This document shows positions 1 through 13,500 of a stretch of DNA of 64,000 nucleotides, piece after piece. Below the pieces are notes generated by a model that was not told the origin of the DNA, made no database searches, and saw only the letters and a list, made by a program, of their open reading frames with translations. Origin of the DNA: Candidatus Multivorans sp. (GTDB lineage Bacteria > Acidobacteriota > Thermoanaerobaculia > Multivoradales > Multivoraceae); NCBI GenBank assembly GCA_965224025.1, contig OZ245033.1:4416001-4480000 (forward strand), written 5' to 3'. Each line of letters begins with the position of its first letter. Within the stretch, counting starts at the first letter, position 1. Position numbers and translations under genes: made by a program.

Positions 1-635
1 CGGATCTCGTCGCCGAACTTCTTCAGGTTGTACTCCATCATCTTGCTCTCGAACGGTCCGGGACAGACCGCGTTCACCGTGATGTCGTCGGGCGCGAGCC
101 GGCGGGCCAGCGCGCGCGTGAGGTGGATCATCCCGGCCTTGCTCGCGCTGTACGGATAGTGCTCCGCCGGATTCACGTGCAGCCCATCGATCGAGGCGAT
201 GTTGATCACCCGCGACGGGTCGTCCGTGGTCGCCGCGGCGCGCAACTCCGGCAGCAACCGCGCCGTCAGGAAGAAGGGCCCCTTCAGGTTGATGTCCATC
301 ACCTTGTCCCAGCCCGACTCGGGGAACTCCTCGAGCGGCGCGCCCCAGGCGGCGCCGGCGTTGTTGACCAGGATGTCGAGCTTCTCTTCGCGTTCCCGGA
401 ACTCGGCGCGGAAGCGTTCGACGCCCTCGACCGACGCCAGGTCGTTCGGAAGCGAAATGCACTCCCCGTAGGCGCTCAGTTCGTCGGCCATCGCGTCGCA
501 GACCGCCGCCTTACGCGAGCTGATGTAGGCGCGCACGCCGTTCTCCACGTAGCCGCGGGCGATCATCGCCCCGATGCCGCGGGAGCCCCCGGTGACCACC
601 GCCACCTTGCCGGAAACGTCGAACAGGTTCTTCAT
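1..635 (-). CDS. SDR family oxidoreductase (RhlG-like), runs off the window start
   Basis: Not in the ORF track. Manual translation from ATG at 635 gives MKNLFDVSGKVAVVTGGSRGIG...DILVNNAG, with the TGxxxGIG and NNAG SDR motifs. ATG overlaps the TGA of the upstream gene. Confidence 0.9.
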   Translation of the reverse strand, partial: MKNLFDVSGKVAVVTGGSRGIGAMIARGYVENGVRAYISSRKAAVCDAMADELSAYGECISLPNDLASVEGVERFRAEFREREEKLDILVNNAGAAWGAPLEEFPESGWDKVMDINLKGPFFLTARLLPELRAAATTDDPSRVINIASIDGLHVNPAEHYPYSASKAGMIHLTRALARRLAPDDITVNAVCPGPFESKMMEYNLKKFGDEI

Positions 636-2376
636 CACTTTCGCTCCACGGTCAGTGCGTCGGTCAGCACGGAGCCCGCCCCTGCCGTCTGGTCCCAGAG
701 TCCCAAGGCAATACGCTGCCGGCCCTCCGGCAGCCTCAGGGTCAAGCCGGCACGGTAGTGGCTCTCCAGGGCGTCCGCGAGCGTGTCGGACGGCACCTGC
801 AGCGGCACGTCGAGGTGCTGCGCCGCCGTCAACTGGTCGTCGTCGTCCATCGCCACCACGACCAGACGGGCGGAGGCGCTGTGGACACCGTCGAGTTCGA
901 CGAGTTCCACGTTACCGATCGGAAACTCGACCCACATCGACACCTCGAACAAATCGAGTTCCTCGACGGGAACGATCGCGTCCAGGTGGACCTCCATCCG
1001 GTGCGGGTTGTCGCTTTCACCGATGACCACCGCGGCCAGCGCCCGCTCCGAGATGCGGGAGCGAATGCCCTTCTTGATGTAGCTCCGCCGGTAGTTCGCG
1101 TTGACGCCCCGGCCCCCCTCGACCTTGATCTCGATGGCGGTGAACTCGCCTTCGACCTTGCCCGCGGAGGACAGACCGAGCGAGTAGTACGACTGCATCC
1201 CGCCGACGGCCCGGGGTAACACACCGGTGAGCCTCCCACCGCCGGTGCGGGCGAATCCGCCCGTGCCCTCGGCCAGGGAGTGCAGCGCTTCCCGGTAGTC
1301 GGAGATCTCGAGCAACGAGCCCCGACCCTTGGAACGCCGGGCGCTCGTCGCTGCGTTGCCCGGCGGCGGCTTGGCAGCGAACAGCGTCACGCCGTAGGTG
1401 TTCGCCTCCGCGACGATGGCGCGGATGGTCGCCGTGGCCCGGTACTGCTCGACCTCCTGCTGGAGGCGGCCGGCCTCCATGCTCGTGTCGCGGTCGAAGA
1501 CGCCGCCGGTACCCGGAGTGCCTCCGGCCTGCCCCCCGGTCCGGCTTTCGACCAGGGCGCCGGCGTTGCTGGCGCCGCCCGTCAGCAGATCCTGGAGATG
1601 CTCCATCAGGGAACCCAGCGGCCGCTCCACCACGCCGTCCGACACGTAGACCAATGCCTTGCGGCCCTCGAGCCAGGACAGCGTACGCACGAAGTTGCCC
1701 AGGGCCTCGAAGCTGCTCTCCGAGTCGGCGTAGATCTCGCGCGCGTAGTTCCGCATCTGCCCCAGCAGAGCGTCGATGGCCAGAGCGGCGTTCTGGCGGT
1801 CCAGGCGGTCGGAGCCACGCATCTTCTGGAATGCATCGGTCACCGAGAGTTGAGCGCTCTGACGCAGGCCGTCCCGCGAGTCGCCGACCGTCCCCTGCCC
1901 CTTCAGACTGGCCAGCGCGCTCCGGATCGACCCCCAGTTGCGGGTGAAGCCCTGAAGCACCCGCGGCGCCTGGTCGTGCGCGGCGACCATCACGCTCACG
2001 CGGCGATCTTCCAGCACCGCCGGCAGGTCGACCTCGAGCTCCGCCAGTGCCCGGTCGCGGTTCGCGGACAGCATGTTGTGCTGATCGAAGTACAGGATGA
2101 GCCAGATCGGCGTCGTGGAGTCCGGATCGTCGCTCACGACTTCGTAGAAGTTCACCGGGTCGACCCGGCGGCCGTGTTCGAAAACCTGGAAGTCCGACAC
2201 CGTGAGGCCCGTGATCGGCGCCCCCTGCCGGTCGGTGACCTGCACGTCGATGTTCACGACTTCGACGTCGACGGTCTCCTGAACGACCCCGGCCGCCGGC
2301 TCGGGCTGCTGGGCGCTCAGAGGCGCCGCCCAGAGGACAAGGAGAATGGAAAGGGAAACGAGGCCGGTTCTCTTGC

Positions 2377-2380
<4 letters not shown>
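635..2380 (-). CDS. VWA domain-containing exported protein (acidobacterial VWFA-related family)
   Basis: Signal peptide, VDVEVVNIDVQVTDRQG.PITGL...DF start, GRKALVYVSDG, LAEGTGG, YYSLG motifs. Confidence 0.85.
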
Positions 2381-4113
<1,733 letters not shown>

Positions 4114-4149
4114 CGCGCGGAATCGTATGCTACGGACCCCTACGTCACC

Positions 4150-5328
4150 ATGTCAGCACTCGACGGTCTCCGCATCCTCGACCTGACCCGCATCCTCGCG
4201 GGTCCGACCTGCACCCAGTTGCTCGGCGACCTCGGCGCGGACGTGATCAAGATCGAACGGCCCGGCCGCGGCGACGACACCCGCGCCTGGGGGCCGCCCT
4301 TCGTGCGCGGCGCGGACGGCGAGGACACAAGCGAGAGCGCCTACTACCTCTGCGCCAACCGGAACAAGCGCTCCGTCGCGGTCGATCTCGCCACCACGGA
4401 AGGCGCGGACCTGGCGCGGCGCCTCGCCTCCCGCTCGGACGTGCTGATCGAGAACTTCAAGGTCGGCGCCCTCCAGCGCTACGGCCTCGGCTACGCCGAC
4501 CTGAAGGACGATCTGCCCGGGCTCGTCTACTGTTCGATCACCGGCTTCGGCCAGACCGGCCCGAACGCGCACCGCGCCGGCTACGACCTGCTGGCCCAGG
4601 GCTACGGCGGCATCATGAGCCTCACCGGCGAACCGGACGGCGAGCCGATGAAGGTCGGCGTCGGCATCGCCGACATCGTCTGCGGCATGTACGCCGCGAC
4701 CTCGATTCTGGCCGCGCTGCGGCACCGCGACCGCACCGGCCGCGGGCAGCACATCGACCTTGCCCTGGTCGACACGCAGATGGCCTGGCTGGTCAACGAG
4801 GGCACGAACTACCTAACGTCCGGAGAAGTGCCCCGCCGGCGCGGCAACGAACACCCGAACATCGTTCCCTACGGCGTCTTCGAGACCGCGGACGGCCACG
4901 TCATCGTCGCGGTCGGCAACGACGCGCAATACGAGCGGTTCTGCGATCTCCTCGGCGCACCGGAGCTGGCATCGGACGAGCGCTACCGCACGAACGCCGG
5001 CCGGCTCGCTCACCGGGAGGAGCTGGTGGTCGAGCTGTCCCGCCGCGTTCGCAAGCTGAGCAGCGCCGAGGTGCTGGACGGCCTGGAAGCCCGCGGCGTG
5101 CCCGGCGGCCCGATCCACAACCTGGAAGAGGCGCTGGCCTCCGACCAGGCGCGGGCCCGCGGCATGACGGTCGAAGTGCCGCATCCGCTCGCCGGAAGCG
5201 GCGGCGTCAAGATGGTCGCCAACCCGATCAGGATGTCCGAGACGCCGGTGACCTACCGGCGCTCCCCGCCCACCTGCGGCGCCGACACGGACGCCGTGAT
5301 CGCGGAACTGCTGGGCGAAGGGGACTGA
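4150..5328 (+). CDS. CaiB/BaiF family CoA transferase
   Basis: LDGLRILDLTRILAGP, GADVIKIERPGRGDDTRAWGPPF, NRNKRS, SITGFGQTGP. Real start is the ATG at 4150, not 2401. Confidence 0.93.
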   Translation: MSALDGLRILDLTRILAGPTCTQLLGDLGADVIKIERPGRGDDTRAWGPPFVRGADGEDTSESAYYLCANRNKRSVAVDLATTEGADLARRLASRSDVLIENFKVGALQRYGLGYADLKDDLPGLVYCSITGFGQTGPNAHRAGYDLLAQGYGGIMSLTGEPDGEPMKVGVGIADIVCGMYAATSILAALRHRDRTGRGQHIDLALVDTQMAWLVNEGTNYLTSGEVPRRRGNEHPNIVPYGVFETADGHVIVAVGNDAQYERFCDLLGAPELASDERYRTNAGRLAHREELVVELSRRVRKLSSAEVLDGLEARGVPGGPIHNLEEALASDQARARGMTVEVPHPLAGSGGVKMVANPIRMSETPVTYRRSPPTCGADTDAVIAELLGEGD

Positions 5329-5337
5329 CGGCAGAAG

Positions 5338-7316
5338 CTACCGGCGCCGCCGCTTGCGCAACTGCGCCAGTTCTTCGACGAACCTCCGTTCATCCGGCAA
5401 CAACGCCAGCGCCTTCTCGTAGGCATCTTCGACTTCCCGAAGCGGGAGGCGCAACCAGTTGAATGTTCGAGCCAGATCCCGCCAAGCCCAGGCGTGGCGT
5501 GTCGTCGGCGCGTCGAGTTGAACAACCCGTTCCAACAGACTCCGCGCCTCTCCGAGGAACTTGCGGCGAAGGCCATACCGCCGCTCCCTTCGCGCGGCAC
5601 CCGCTAAGTCGATCTTCGTCTGAGCGAACTCGTGCAGGGCCCGAGGATCGCCGAGGATGGCGTCGTCCGCGCGCTCGAAGTAGCGGTGGGCTGCCTTCGG
5701 TTCTCTGAGACGCCGCGCGAGGATGGCTGTGTCGATGGCATCTTGGCCAAAAACCCCGCCGTGGCGCCGCTGGAGTAGTCGGCGCGCCCTGTCCACTTCG
5801 CCGCCATTCGCCAAGACATCGATCAGGGTGTTCGCGACGTGGGGCACGGCCGCCTTTGAACCGCGCCGCTCGAATCTCGCGAGAACCTCTTCCGCCCGCT
5901 CTATCTCGTCGCGGTCCGCGTACGAACGAATCATCTCCGACGCGAGCACCGCCGAAGCAGGGTTGGACTCCCACGCGGATTCAATACGGCGAAGGGCTTC
6001 TTCGTTGTCCCCCACCGCTCGCAGGTGGGCTGCGTCTCGCAAAGTCGAGAGCGCCACGAACTCCGGATGGGCAGGCAAAGTGGCCCGGAAGTAGGTTCGT
6101 TGTTCGTCGAAGTCGAAGTGAGGCGGCGGCGAGCCGTTTGCCTCCATGGTCCGAAACACCTTCGGCAGGCCAGTCAGCCTTCCTTCGGCGAGCCCCATTC
6201 CTTGAGAAACTCGCCGATGCGGCGGTTGCGAGCGGGCACTGGAGTGATCTGAGCGTCAGCGACAAGGTGTCGACGCTCGATCCCAGCCACCGGGCCGGGA
6301 TAGCTGATGACCTCGACGCGACCCGGGTAGAGATACACGTTGACCGGCTCCGGCTGATCGACGTCGTACCCGCGGTGATACGCCGCGTTGACCAACGTCT
6401 CCCGCAAGGCAGGCAGTGGATAGCTCACCCAGCCCCGCACCTGGCTACGGTCGGGGCGCTTCTGAAGGTGAGAGACCGAGAGATTCTCTAGATGGTTCAG
6501 GCAGTCGCGAAGCTGATCGGCGAGCCCGCCCCGGAAGACTCGCTCCTCCTGCACGTCGCCCGCACGATCCGCAGCGAACTGAACGACTTCGATCGTCGCA
6601 CCGCGAAACCAGCGCGTCGGGTCAGCGGAGAACAAGAGCAGTCCGGCGTTTCTCGGTACTTCATGGCCGTTGGCCCGAGCGGTAATCCGCATTCGCCGGC
6701 AGATCTCCCGGTGGTCGGACTCTTTGAGGAGGCCACTGCGCACATCCCGCAGATACTCGCGGACCTTGGCTTCCCGAATGTCCTCCACTTCCGCATCCCG
6801 AGCCGCGCGGTCATCCCACGGCACGCGGTTGGTCTGTTCGATGAGCGCCCGGAGCATGTCGCCTCTTTGCTCGGCATCGACGGTCTCGGCACCGAGGCGA
6901 ACCCAGTACCGACAGCGCTTGTGGTCCGCGGACGGCCCCCGATGAGGACGCATGTCGCTTGCCGGGACCCAGACTACGAGAAGGAGGCGGTCGCCGAAGG
7001 TCTCGGGCGACAGGATGGGAGAGTACGGGGGATCGAGCCGCTGGCAGCTACCGCGAATCCACTTCTGCGCCGCCTCGACCTTCTCGGACGGGAGGCCCGA
7101 CGGCGGCAGGATCGCATGGCCGCCTTCTTCACCAACGCCGATGACGATGTAGCCGCCGTTGAGGTTGTGGAGATCGTTCGCGAACGCGCAGATCGTCCGC
7201 AGGACCTGCGGCCCGGTGGTTTCGGGGTTCCACGACTCCTTGAACTCCACACGCGCCGACTCCACGCTGCGACAATGAAGTAGGTCGTCGAGATTGATTT
7301 GGAGGATAGTGCTCAC
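5338..7316 (-). pseudogene. AlbA_2 (Schlafen-like) + HATPase_c_4 protein with C-terminal TPR-like region, frameshifted near 6198
   Basis: ESARVEFKESW, ICAFAND...GGYIVIGV, ALRETLVNAAYHRGY, RNRRIGEFLKE, continuing in another frame as GLAEGRLTGLPK. Helical TPR-like C-terminus. Confidence 0.8.
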
Positions 7317-7501
7317 GTTCTAGCGCCGCTCGTCGTCGGCTCTTGCCCGGCTTCCTGCCGGTTGAGGCTCGGGCCACGAGCCCGCTCCGACTGAGTCTAT
7401 TCCGGCCACAGCGGTCCAACGGCCCCCTCGCTCCCGGGCACCGCTCCCCAAGCGGTGGTACGGTGGCAGACAAATAGCCACTCCCTCCCCTAGGAGACTC
7501 A

Positions 7502-8497
7502 TTGAGCGACAACACCGTGGGAATCAGCGGCTTCGGCGGCTACGTGCCGGAGCGAGTGATGACGAACGAGGACTGGACCAAGTACGTCGACACCTCGGAC
7601 GAATGGATCGTCGAACGAACCGGCATCCACCGGCGCCGCTTCGCGGCGGAAGACGAGTCCACCGCCGACCTGGCTGTTGCCGCTGCCCACTCGGCGCTCG
7701 AGAGCCGCCGCGTCTCCGCCGACGAGATCGACGAGATCATCGTCGCCACGGACACGCCCGAGGTCTACACGCCGGACACCGCGTCCTTCGTGCAGGAGGG
7801 AATCGGCGCCCGGGAGATCCCCTCCTACGACCTGGGCGGCAGCGGCTGCGCCGGCTTCGTGCAAGCACTGGACGTCGCCCGCTCGCGAGTACTGACCGGC
7901 ACCCGCCGCGTCCTGGTGATCGGTGTCGAGCTCATTTCCCGTCTCGTAAGCTGGAAGATTCGAGAGACCTGCGTGTTGTTCGGCGACGCCGCGGCCGGGG
8001 TGATCATCGAGCGCGGACCGCAGATGGCCGAAATCCTCGGCGCCAAGACCGGCACCGACGGCAGCCAGTGGAGCATCTTGACCCTGGAGATCGGCGGCAC
8101 GCGCAAGCCGTTCAGCCTGGAGTACGCGCAGAAGGAAGAGCATCTGAAGCTGATCATGGAGGGCCGGGCGGTGTTCCGTCACGCCGTCCACCGCATGTCG
8201 GAGGTCGGCCTCGACGTGCTGGAATCAGTGGGCGCAAAGCTCGAAGACGTGGCAATGATCGTGCCCCACCAGGCGAACCTGCGCATTGTCCAGGCAGTCG
8301 CGAAGAACCTGTCTGTACCGATGGAGAAGGTCTACACGAACCTCCAGGAGTACGGCAACACCGGCTCCGCCTCGGTGCCGCTTGCCCTGTGGGAAGCCCA
8401 CCGCAACGGCCGTATCTCCCCCGGCGATCTGGTCCTTCTGACCTCCTTCGGCGCCGGCTTCCACTGGGGCGCGATGCTCTTGCGCTTCAACGGCTGA
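7502..8497 (+). CDS. fabH: 3-oxoacyl-ACP synthase III
   Basis: GCAGF catalytic Cys, LFGDAA, PHQAN, YGNTGSAS, FGAGFHWG. AGGAG ribosome-binding site before the TTG start. Confidence 0.9.
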   Translation: MSDNTVGISGFGGYVPERVMTNEDWTKYVDTSDEWIVERTGIHRRRFAAEDESTADLAVAAAHSALESRRVSADEIDEIIVATDTPEVYTPDTASFVQEGIGAREIPSYDLGGSGCAGFVQALDVARSRVLTGTRRVLVIGVELISRLVSWKIRETCVLFGDAAAGVIIERGPQMAEILGAKTGTDGSQWSILTLEIGGTRKPFSLEYAQKEEHLKLIMEGRAVFRHAVHRMSEVGLDVLESVGAKLEDVAMIVPHQANLRIVQAVAKNLSVPMEKVYTNLQEYGNTGSASVPLALWEAHRNGRISPGDLVLLTSFGAGFHWGAMLLRFNG

Positions 8498-8613
8498 GGG
8501 GGCGATTCACTCGAGAGCCTGGCGCCGCGACTCCAAGGTACGCCGGCTCCCGCGCAGCCGCCTGAGGACGCGACCAGCTACGATTCGGCCGCCCTGACCC
8601 GGCTCGAGTCGCA

Positions 8614-10506
8614 ATGTCCTCCGCACGCTCCTCTCCCGGTCCCGCCCTCGCCGCGGACGACTTCGCCAACTGCGGCTGGCAGGACGCACTGCGATCCGCC
8701 GATCCATGGGCGTACTCCTCGATCTGGGGGGCGCTCCTGGCCGCCGCCAAGGATGCCGAGGGCGACGACCGTCGGGCCAAGGCGCTCCGGCTCCTCGCCG
8801 ATGCCTGCTCCATGACGTTCTCACCCGACAGAGCCGTCAAGCCCTTTGGGCCCCGATTCTCCTTCCCCGGCGGAAGCTCGTTCTCACCCGATGACTTGAC
8901 CGAAAGTGACACCGCGTTCCTTGCCGGTGCGGTCACTACGATGGAAATCTGCGCTCCTGGTGCGCATCTTCTGAAGGCGCGCTTGGCGGACCTCGTCTGG
9001 CTAGTGCTAGCACAAGAGACCCGAAGCGGCGAGTTCGCATTGCTCGCCATCGATAGCTACAGGGCAGTGCCGCTGAACGGAGAGAGTTGGGTCCGCGACG
9101 GTCTCGACTGCTGGCAAAGGGCGCTGCTTCTCGCTCGCCTTACCAAGACCGCCGCCGGAAATCGCGGCGAGGAGATGGAGGCGTCGATTCTGGAGGCACT
9201 CGACTCCGCGACAAACGAGGACGGCTTCCTCGCAGTCAAGTTGGCTGAGTTGATGAGATCCAATGGACTCGGCCGCGACAACGCGGCCAGTATCGCGACG
9301 AAACTTGAGTCTCTGGGTCAGGTGTCCGCAGGCCAAGGTGAGTTTCATCGGGCACGAAGCTATCTTCATGAAGCACATCGCTGGTTCAAGACCCTCGGCA
9401 ACGAAGCCCAAGCTACAGCTACGACCGTTGCTGAAGCGGAGTGCTGGGTCAAAGAAGCCGAGCATCGGCTGTCGTCGGCTGATCCAAGTCACGGAGTCGC
9501 CGCCAGCTTCATCGAGAAAGCGATTCAGACTTACCGGACCATTCCGAAGAGGCAGCGCGAGACCCACAATGTTACCGAACGCCTCAAGCGCCTGCAAACA
9601 CTCCTCCGAGAGTTCGGGAAGCGAGCCGTCGACGAGCTGGCCAGGACTCAAGGCCAGGAGGTCGAGATCGCCGACTGGATCCGGGGGGCGCGTGCGGCCG
9701 TCACCGGCAAAACCACCGTCGAGGCTCTCACGGCGTTCGTGAGCCTCTCTCCTTGGGCGAGCGCCGACGAACTACGCGACAGCGCGATCGAGATGCTGCG
9801 GAAGTACCCGATCTCGGCGCTGCTGTTCCCCAACATCTCGATGACCCGCGACGGACGCGTCGTGGCCAGGAATCCGCCTGCTCATCTGGGCGATACGCTG
9901 ACTGAGTCGGATGAAATCGTCATCCGTGACCGGATGTTGGATGAGCACCGGGTCCGCGTTGGCCTTGTAACTCAGGGCTACATCCTGCCTGCACTCGAGG
10001 CACTCCGTCTCGAACACCGAATCCGTGAGATCGAGTTCGTCGAACTTGCCAGCGAGGCCGCCATCGTGCCCCCTGGGCGGAGTCTTCTCTTCGGCAAGGC
10101 TCTGTTCGCGGGCTATGACGGAGACTTCGCCGCGGCTCTCCATCTGTTGGTGCCGCAGATCGAGCACATGGTGCGCTTCCACCTGAGGCGGGCCGGCGTC
10201 GAAACCAGACATCTGGACGACGATGGGATACAGACCGAGAAAGGACTGAATTCACTTGTTGCCCTTACAGAGTCTTCAGACATCTTCGGTTTGGATGTCG
10301 TGTTCGAGATCGCCTTCCTCTTCTGTGAACCGGGCGGCGCGAATCTAAGAAACATGATCGCGCACGGTTTGCTGAACGACATGGAGGTGGTCCACGGCGT
10401 CTACCCGATCTACGCATGGTGGCTTACGCTGAAGCTCGTGTTGTCCTACTTCTGGAACACGGTCTCATCGGACACTGAGGAGACTGCGCGAGCGGATGGC
10501 GAGTAG
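8614..10506 (+). CDS. DUF4209 domain-containing protein (C-terminal HEPN-like RNxxAH motif)
   Basis: KARLADLVW N-terminal motif, ALHLLVPQIEHMVR, GANLRNMIAHGLL, YAWW. Codon usage looks less GC-biased than the neighbours. Confidence 0.75.
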   Translation: MSSARSSPGPALAADDFANCGWQDALRSADPWAYSSIWGALLAAAKDAEGDDRRAKALRLLADACSMTFSPDRAVKPFGPRFSFPGGSSFSPDDLTESDTAFLAGAVTTMEICAPGAHLLKARLADLVWLVLAQETRSGEFALLAIDSYRAVPLNGESWVRDGLDCWQRALLLARLTKTAAGNRGEEMEASILEALDSATNEDGFLAVKLAELMRSNGLGRDNAASIATKLESLGQVSAGQGEFHRARSYLHEAHRWFKTLGNEAQATATTVAEAECWVKEAEHRLSSADPSHGVAASFIEKAIQTYRTIPKRQRETHNVTERLKRLQTLLREFGKRAVDELARTQGQEVEIADWIRGARAAVTGKTTVEALTAFVSLSPWASADELRDSAIEMLRKYPISALLFPNISMTRDGRVVARNPPAHLGDTLTESDEIVIRDRMLDEHRVRVGLVTQGYILPALEALRLEHRIREIEFVELASEAAIVPPGRSLLFGKALFAGYDGDFAAALHLLVPQIEHMVRFHLRRAGVETRHLDDDGIQTEKGLNSLVALTESSDIFGLDVVFEIAFLFCEPGGANLRNMIAHGLLNDMEVVHGVYPIYAWWLTLKLVLSYFWNTVSSDTEETARADGE

Positions 10507-10518
10507 GCACTCCGCAAG

Positions 10519-13500
10519 CTATGCCTGAACCGGCCCGAGAAGGCCCTCAACCCGGCGTGCCGCCTCAGCGAAGTAGCTGACTTCCGCCGGTTGCAAGTCG
10601 CGGCCGAGAATCTGCCGTTCCCGGTACGACAGCCACTTCTTCAAAACCTGATAACCGCCAAGGCGATACGCCCAAACGGCGGCAGGCACGTTCCGCCAGT
10701 AGGCGCGGGAGTTCAGGTAGATGTCGAATGTGCTCTCGCCCAGCACGGACACACCGTCGCCGAGAGCCGCTCGCTCCTCGGCGGTGTAGGAACGTTCCAC
10801 CGCCCGGCCCTGGCCGGGCATGACGGCCTGACCGGCGCCGAAGTGGCCCCAACCGGCGGTCAGCGCGAAGTCAGCGCTGGTCATCTGGCGGCCGTCGACC
10901 GTTGTCGGGACGGCGATGGCGGCAATCTCCGGATGCAGGTCGCCGGTCGTCACGCCGGGCACGGGGGCCTCTGGATCGAGGAGTCGGGCCAGTCCCCGGC
11001 CCCGCTCCGCGACGGCAGCGAATTGGCCCGCCACAGCCTTGCCTGCGCCCTCAGACCAGCCTGGCAGCGGAATGCGAGGCCATCCGAGGCGAAGACCGTC
11101 GGCGTTGGCGTTGCGGTACCGCGCGGCGTGCAGAGTCGCGAGCACGAAGTGGAAGAGAGCTTCGCCGGTCGCGCCCATGCGGTTCAGGTAGCGCTGCGCC
11201 GCCGCCGAGAGATTGGGCATCCGTCCGCCGTCGGCACCGATCGCAGCTTCCTGGTGAAGGTACGCCGGGAACAGATTCGAGCCGCGTTCGATCAGGTGAT
11301 GTGAACCGAGACGAGTCGTGAACACGGCCTGGGGTTCGGCGGCGTCCTTCCGAACGTGCTGAGACGCAGTGAACCAGAGGTTCTCGTTGCCGATGACGTG
11401 CGGCCGGTAGTCGGCCCGTTTCTCGTCCAGCAGCTTGGTATCCGCCTCCCAGTAGAGCCAGCGATCGTCGAACGGCCGGTACGCGATCCGGCAGAAGCCG
11501 TCCTCCACCGGTCCACCCCGAGCGAGCAACGCTTCGCGGCCCGCCCAAGCGTCGAACCTCGCAGTGGACTTCATCGCGCTCGGATAGCGGCGCTCGATCT
11601 CTTCGTGGCTCAAGCCCGGATCAAAGTAGTCGCCAACCCGATCTCGGAGCCTATCCAGGTCGACATCCACGAGAAACGCGTCCCGGTTGGTCAGGACACC
11701 GTGAAAGCGCACTGGAAACAGGTCGGGCAGCGCCGGCCAATCGAACCATCGCTCGTCGACCACCGTTCGAAGGAAGGGCATCCCCAGCGGCAGCGACGGC
11801 TCGATTCCCTCGTAGAGCGCGTCCGGCGCCGCGTCGGCCGTCTTGAGGAGCTCCTCGCTCTTCGTCCGGCCCCAGAGGTGCCGGAAGCGGACCTCCGGTG
11901 CGGGCGCGTGGTCCGCCTTCCGCACCAACGTCGTGACCGCCGTGCCGACCTGAATGCCCACGCGATTGCTCTCGGTCGAGAAGATGCTCGGGTCGGGGGA
12001 ACCGTCCGGCGCGATCTTGCCGGTCTTGTACTTGTCGCCATTCAGGCAGTCGATCCGTACGCAATCGAAGGCTTCGACATAACGCTCACGCATCCCGGTG
12101 AACGACAGGCCATCCAGCCACGAGTAGTTCGAAATGAAGCAGACGATGCCCTGGCCCGTCCGCTCGGCGATGCGCCTCTCCGCCATGCGGAAGAAGCGGA
12201 CGTAGAGATCGTTCAAGCCCCGGCCTTCCGGCCGCCGCACGCGTCTTGTCGCCCTGTATGCGTCCGTCAGCTCCCGCTCTTCCTCCACCGCCAAGCCGGG
12301 AAAACCGTTGTACGGCGGATTGCCCAAGATGACGAGAATCGGCGCCTCCTGCTTCACTTTCTCCGCCCGGTCGCGCTCTTCCTCCAGTTCAGGGAACGGA
12401 AGCGGCTTGTTCGTTCTCGGCTCCCATCCCGTGAGGGCGTTGGTCAGGAACACCCCCGCCCGTTCCGAGCCGTCCTCTGCCAACGGTGCATCAAGGTCCT
12501 GCATCGTCAAGCCGACCTGCAGATGGGCAATGACGAACGGCGCCGGCATGATCTCGAAACCGAAGACCCGCTCCGTGGCGGCCTGCTTGACGCGGGCGCC
12601 GGCGAGCGCTCCAAGTCCTCGTCCTTCGAGATTTCGGCTATGCGCTTCAGCACCTCGGCGAGATAGGCGCCGGGTCCACAGCACGGGTCGAGGACGTAGA
12701 CGTTGTCAGCCGCCAGGCCGTCGGGAATCTCCAGATCCTCGCGGAGCGCCTTGTCCACCCGGGCGACCATGTACCGCACCACTTCGGTCGGCGTGTACCA
12801 GACCCCCAACTGCTTTCGCAGCGCCGGGTCGAACGCCTTCAGGAACGGTTCGTAGAAGTACGGCACCGCCTCGCCTTCGTTGAAGCTGGCAAAGAAGGCA
12901 TGGCGATCCACCCGATCCAGCGCTCCCGCCGTCCAGTCCAGCACTTCGATCAGGCCGAGAGGCCGCAAGCGCCCTGGATCGGCGAGCTGCTGAAACAAAG
13001 CCCGCAGGACCGGCGCCCGCAGATGCCACACGGCGGTCCGCCAGTCGAAGACGCTGCCGCGCGGTGGCGCCTGCCGCGACCACAACACCCACGCGGAGAA
13101 CACGCCGTAAAAGAGCGTCTGCACCAAAGTCGAGTGAAAGAAGCGCGCGCCTTTCGCGCCCTCGAACCGTACGCCGAGCGCCTCCTCCAGGGCCGAACGA
13201 ACGGTTCCGAGCGAAGGCGAGTCCCCTGCCCGCTGCACTCGGGCAAGGCCGTCTCGGGCGTAGGACGCCAGCAACCAGGCCAGGTCCTTCGGGTCCGCCA
13301 GCGCCGCCTGGTGAGACAACGCCCGCGCCAGGTACTCGCCGAGCCCCCTGCCGACCTTGCTTGCTGCCGCCCGCGGCTTCTCCAGAAGACCCGCGAACTC
13401 CGACTCCGTCGCGGCCAGGCTGAACGTCTCCAACCTCACTTCGTCGCCCGAAGCGTTGCGGCCCACGAGTTCGAACTCGCGCAGGTTGGTCACCAGCACG

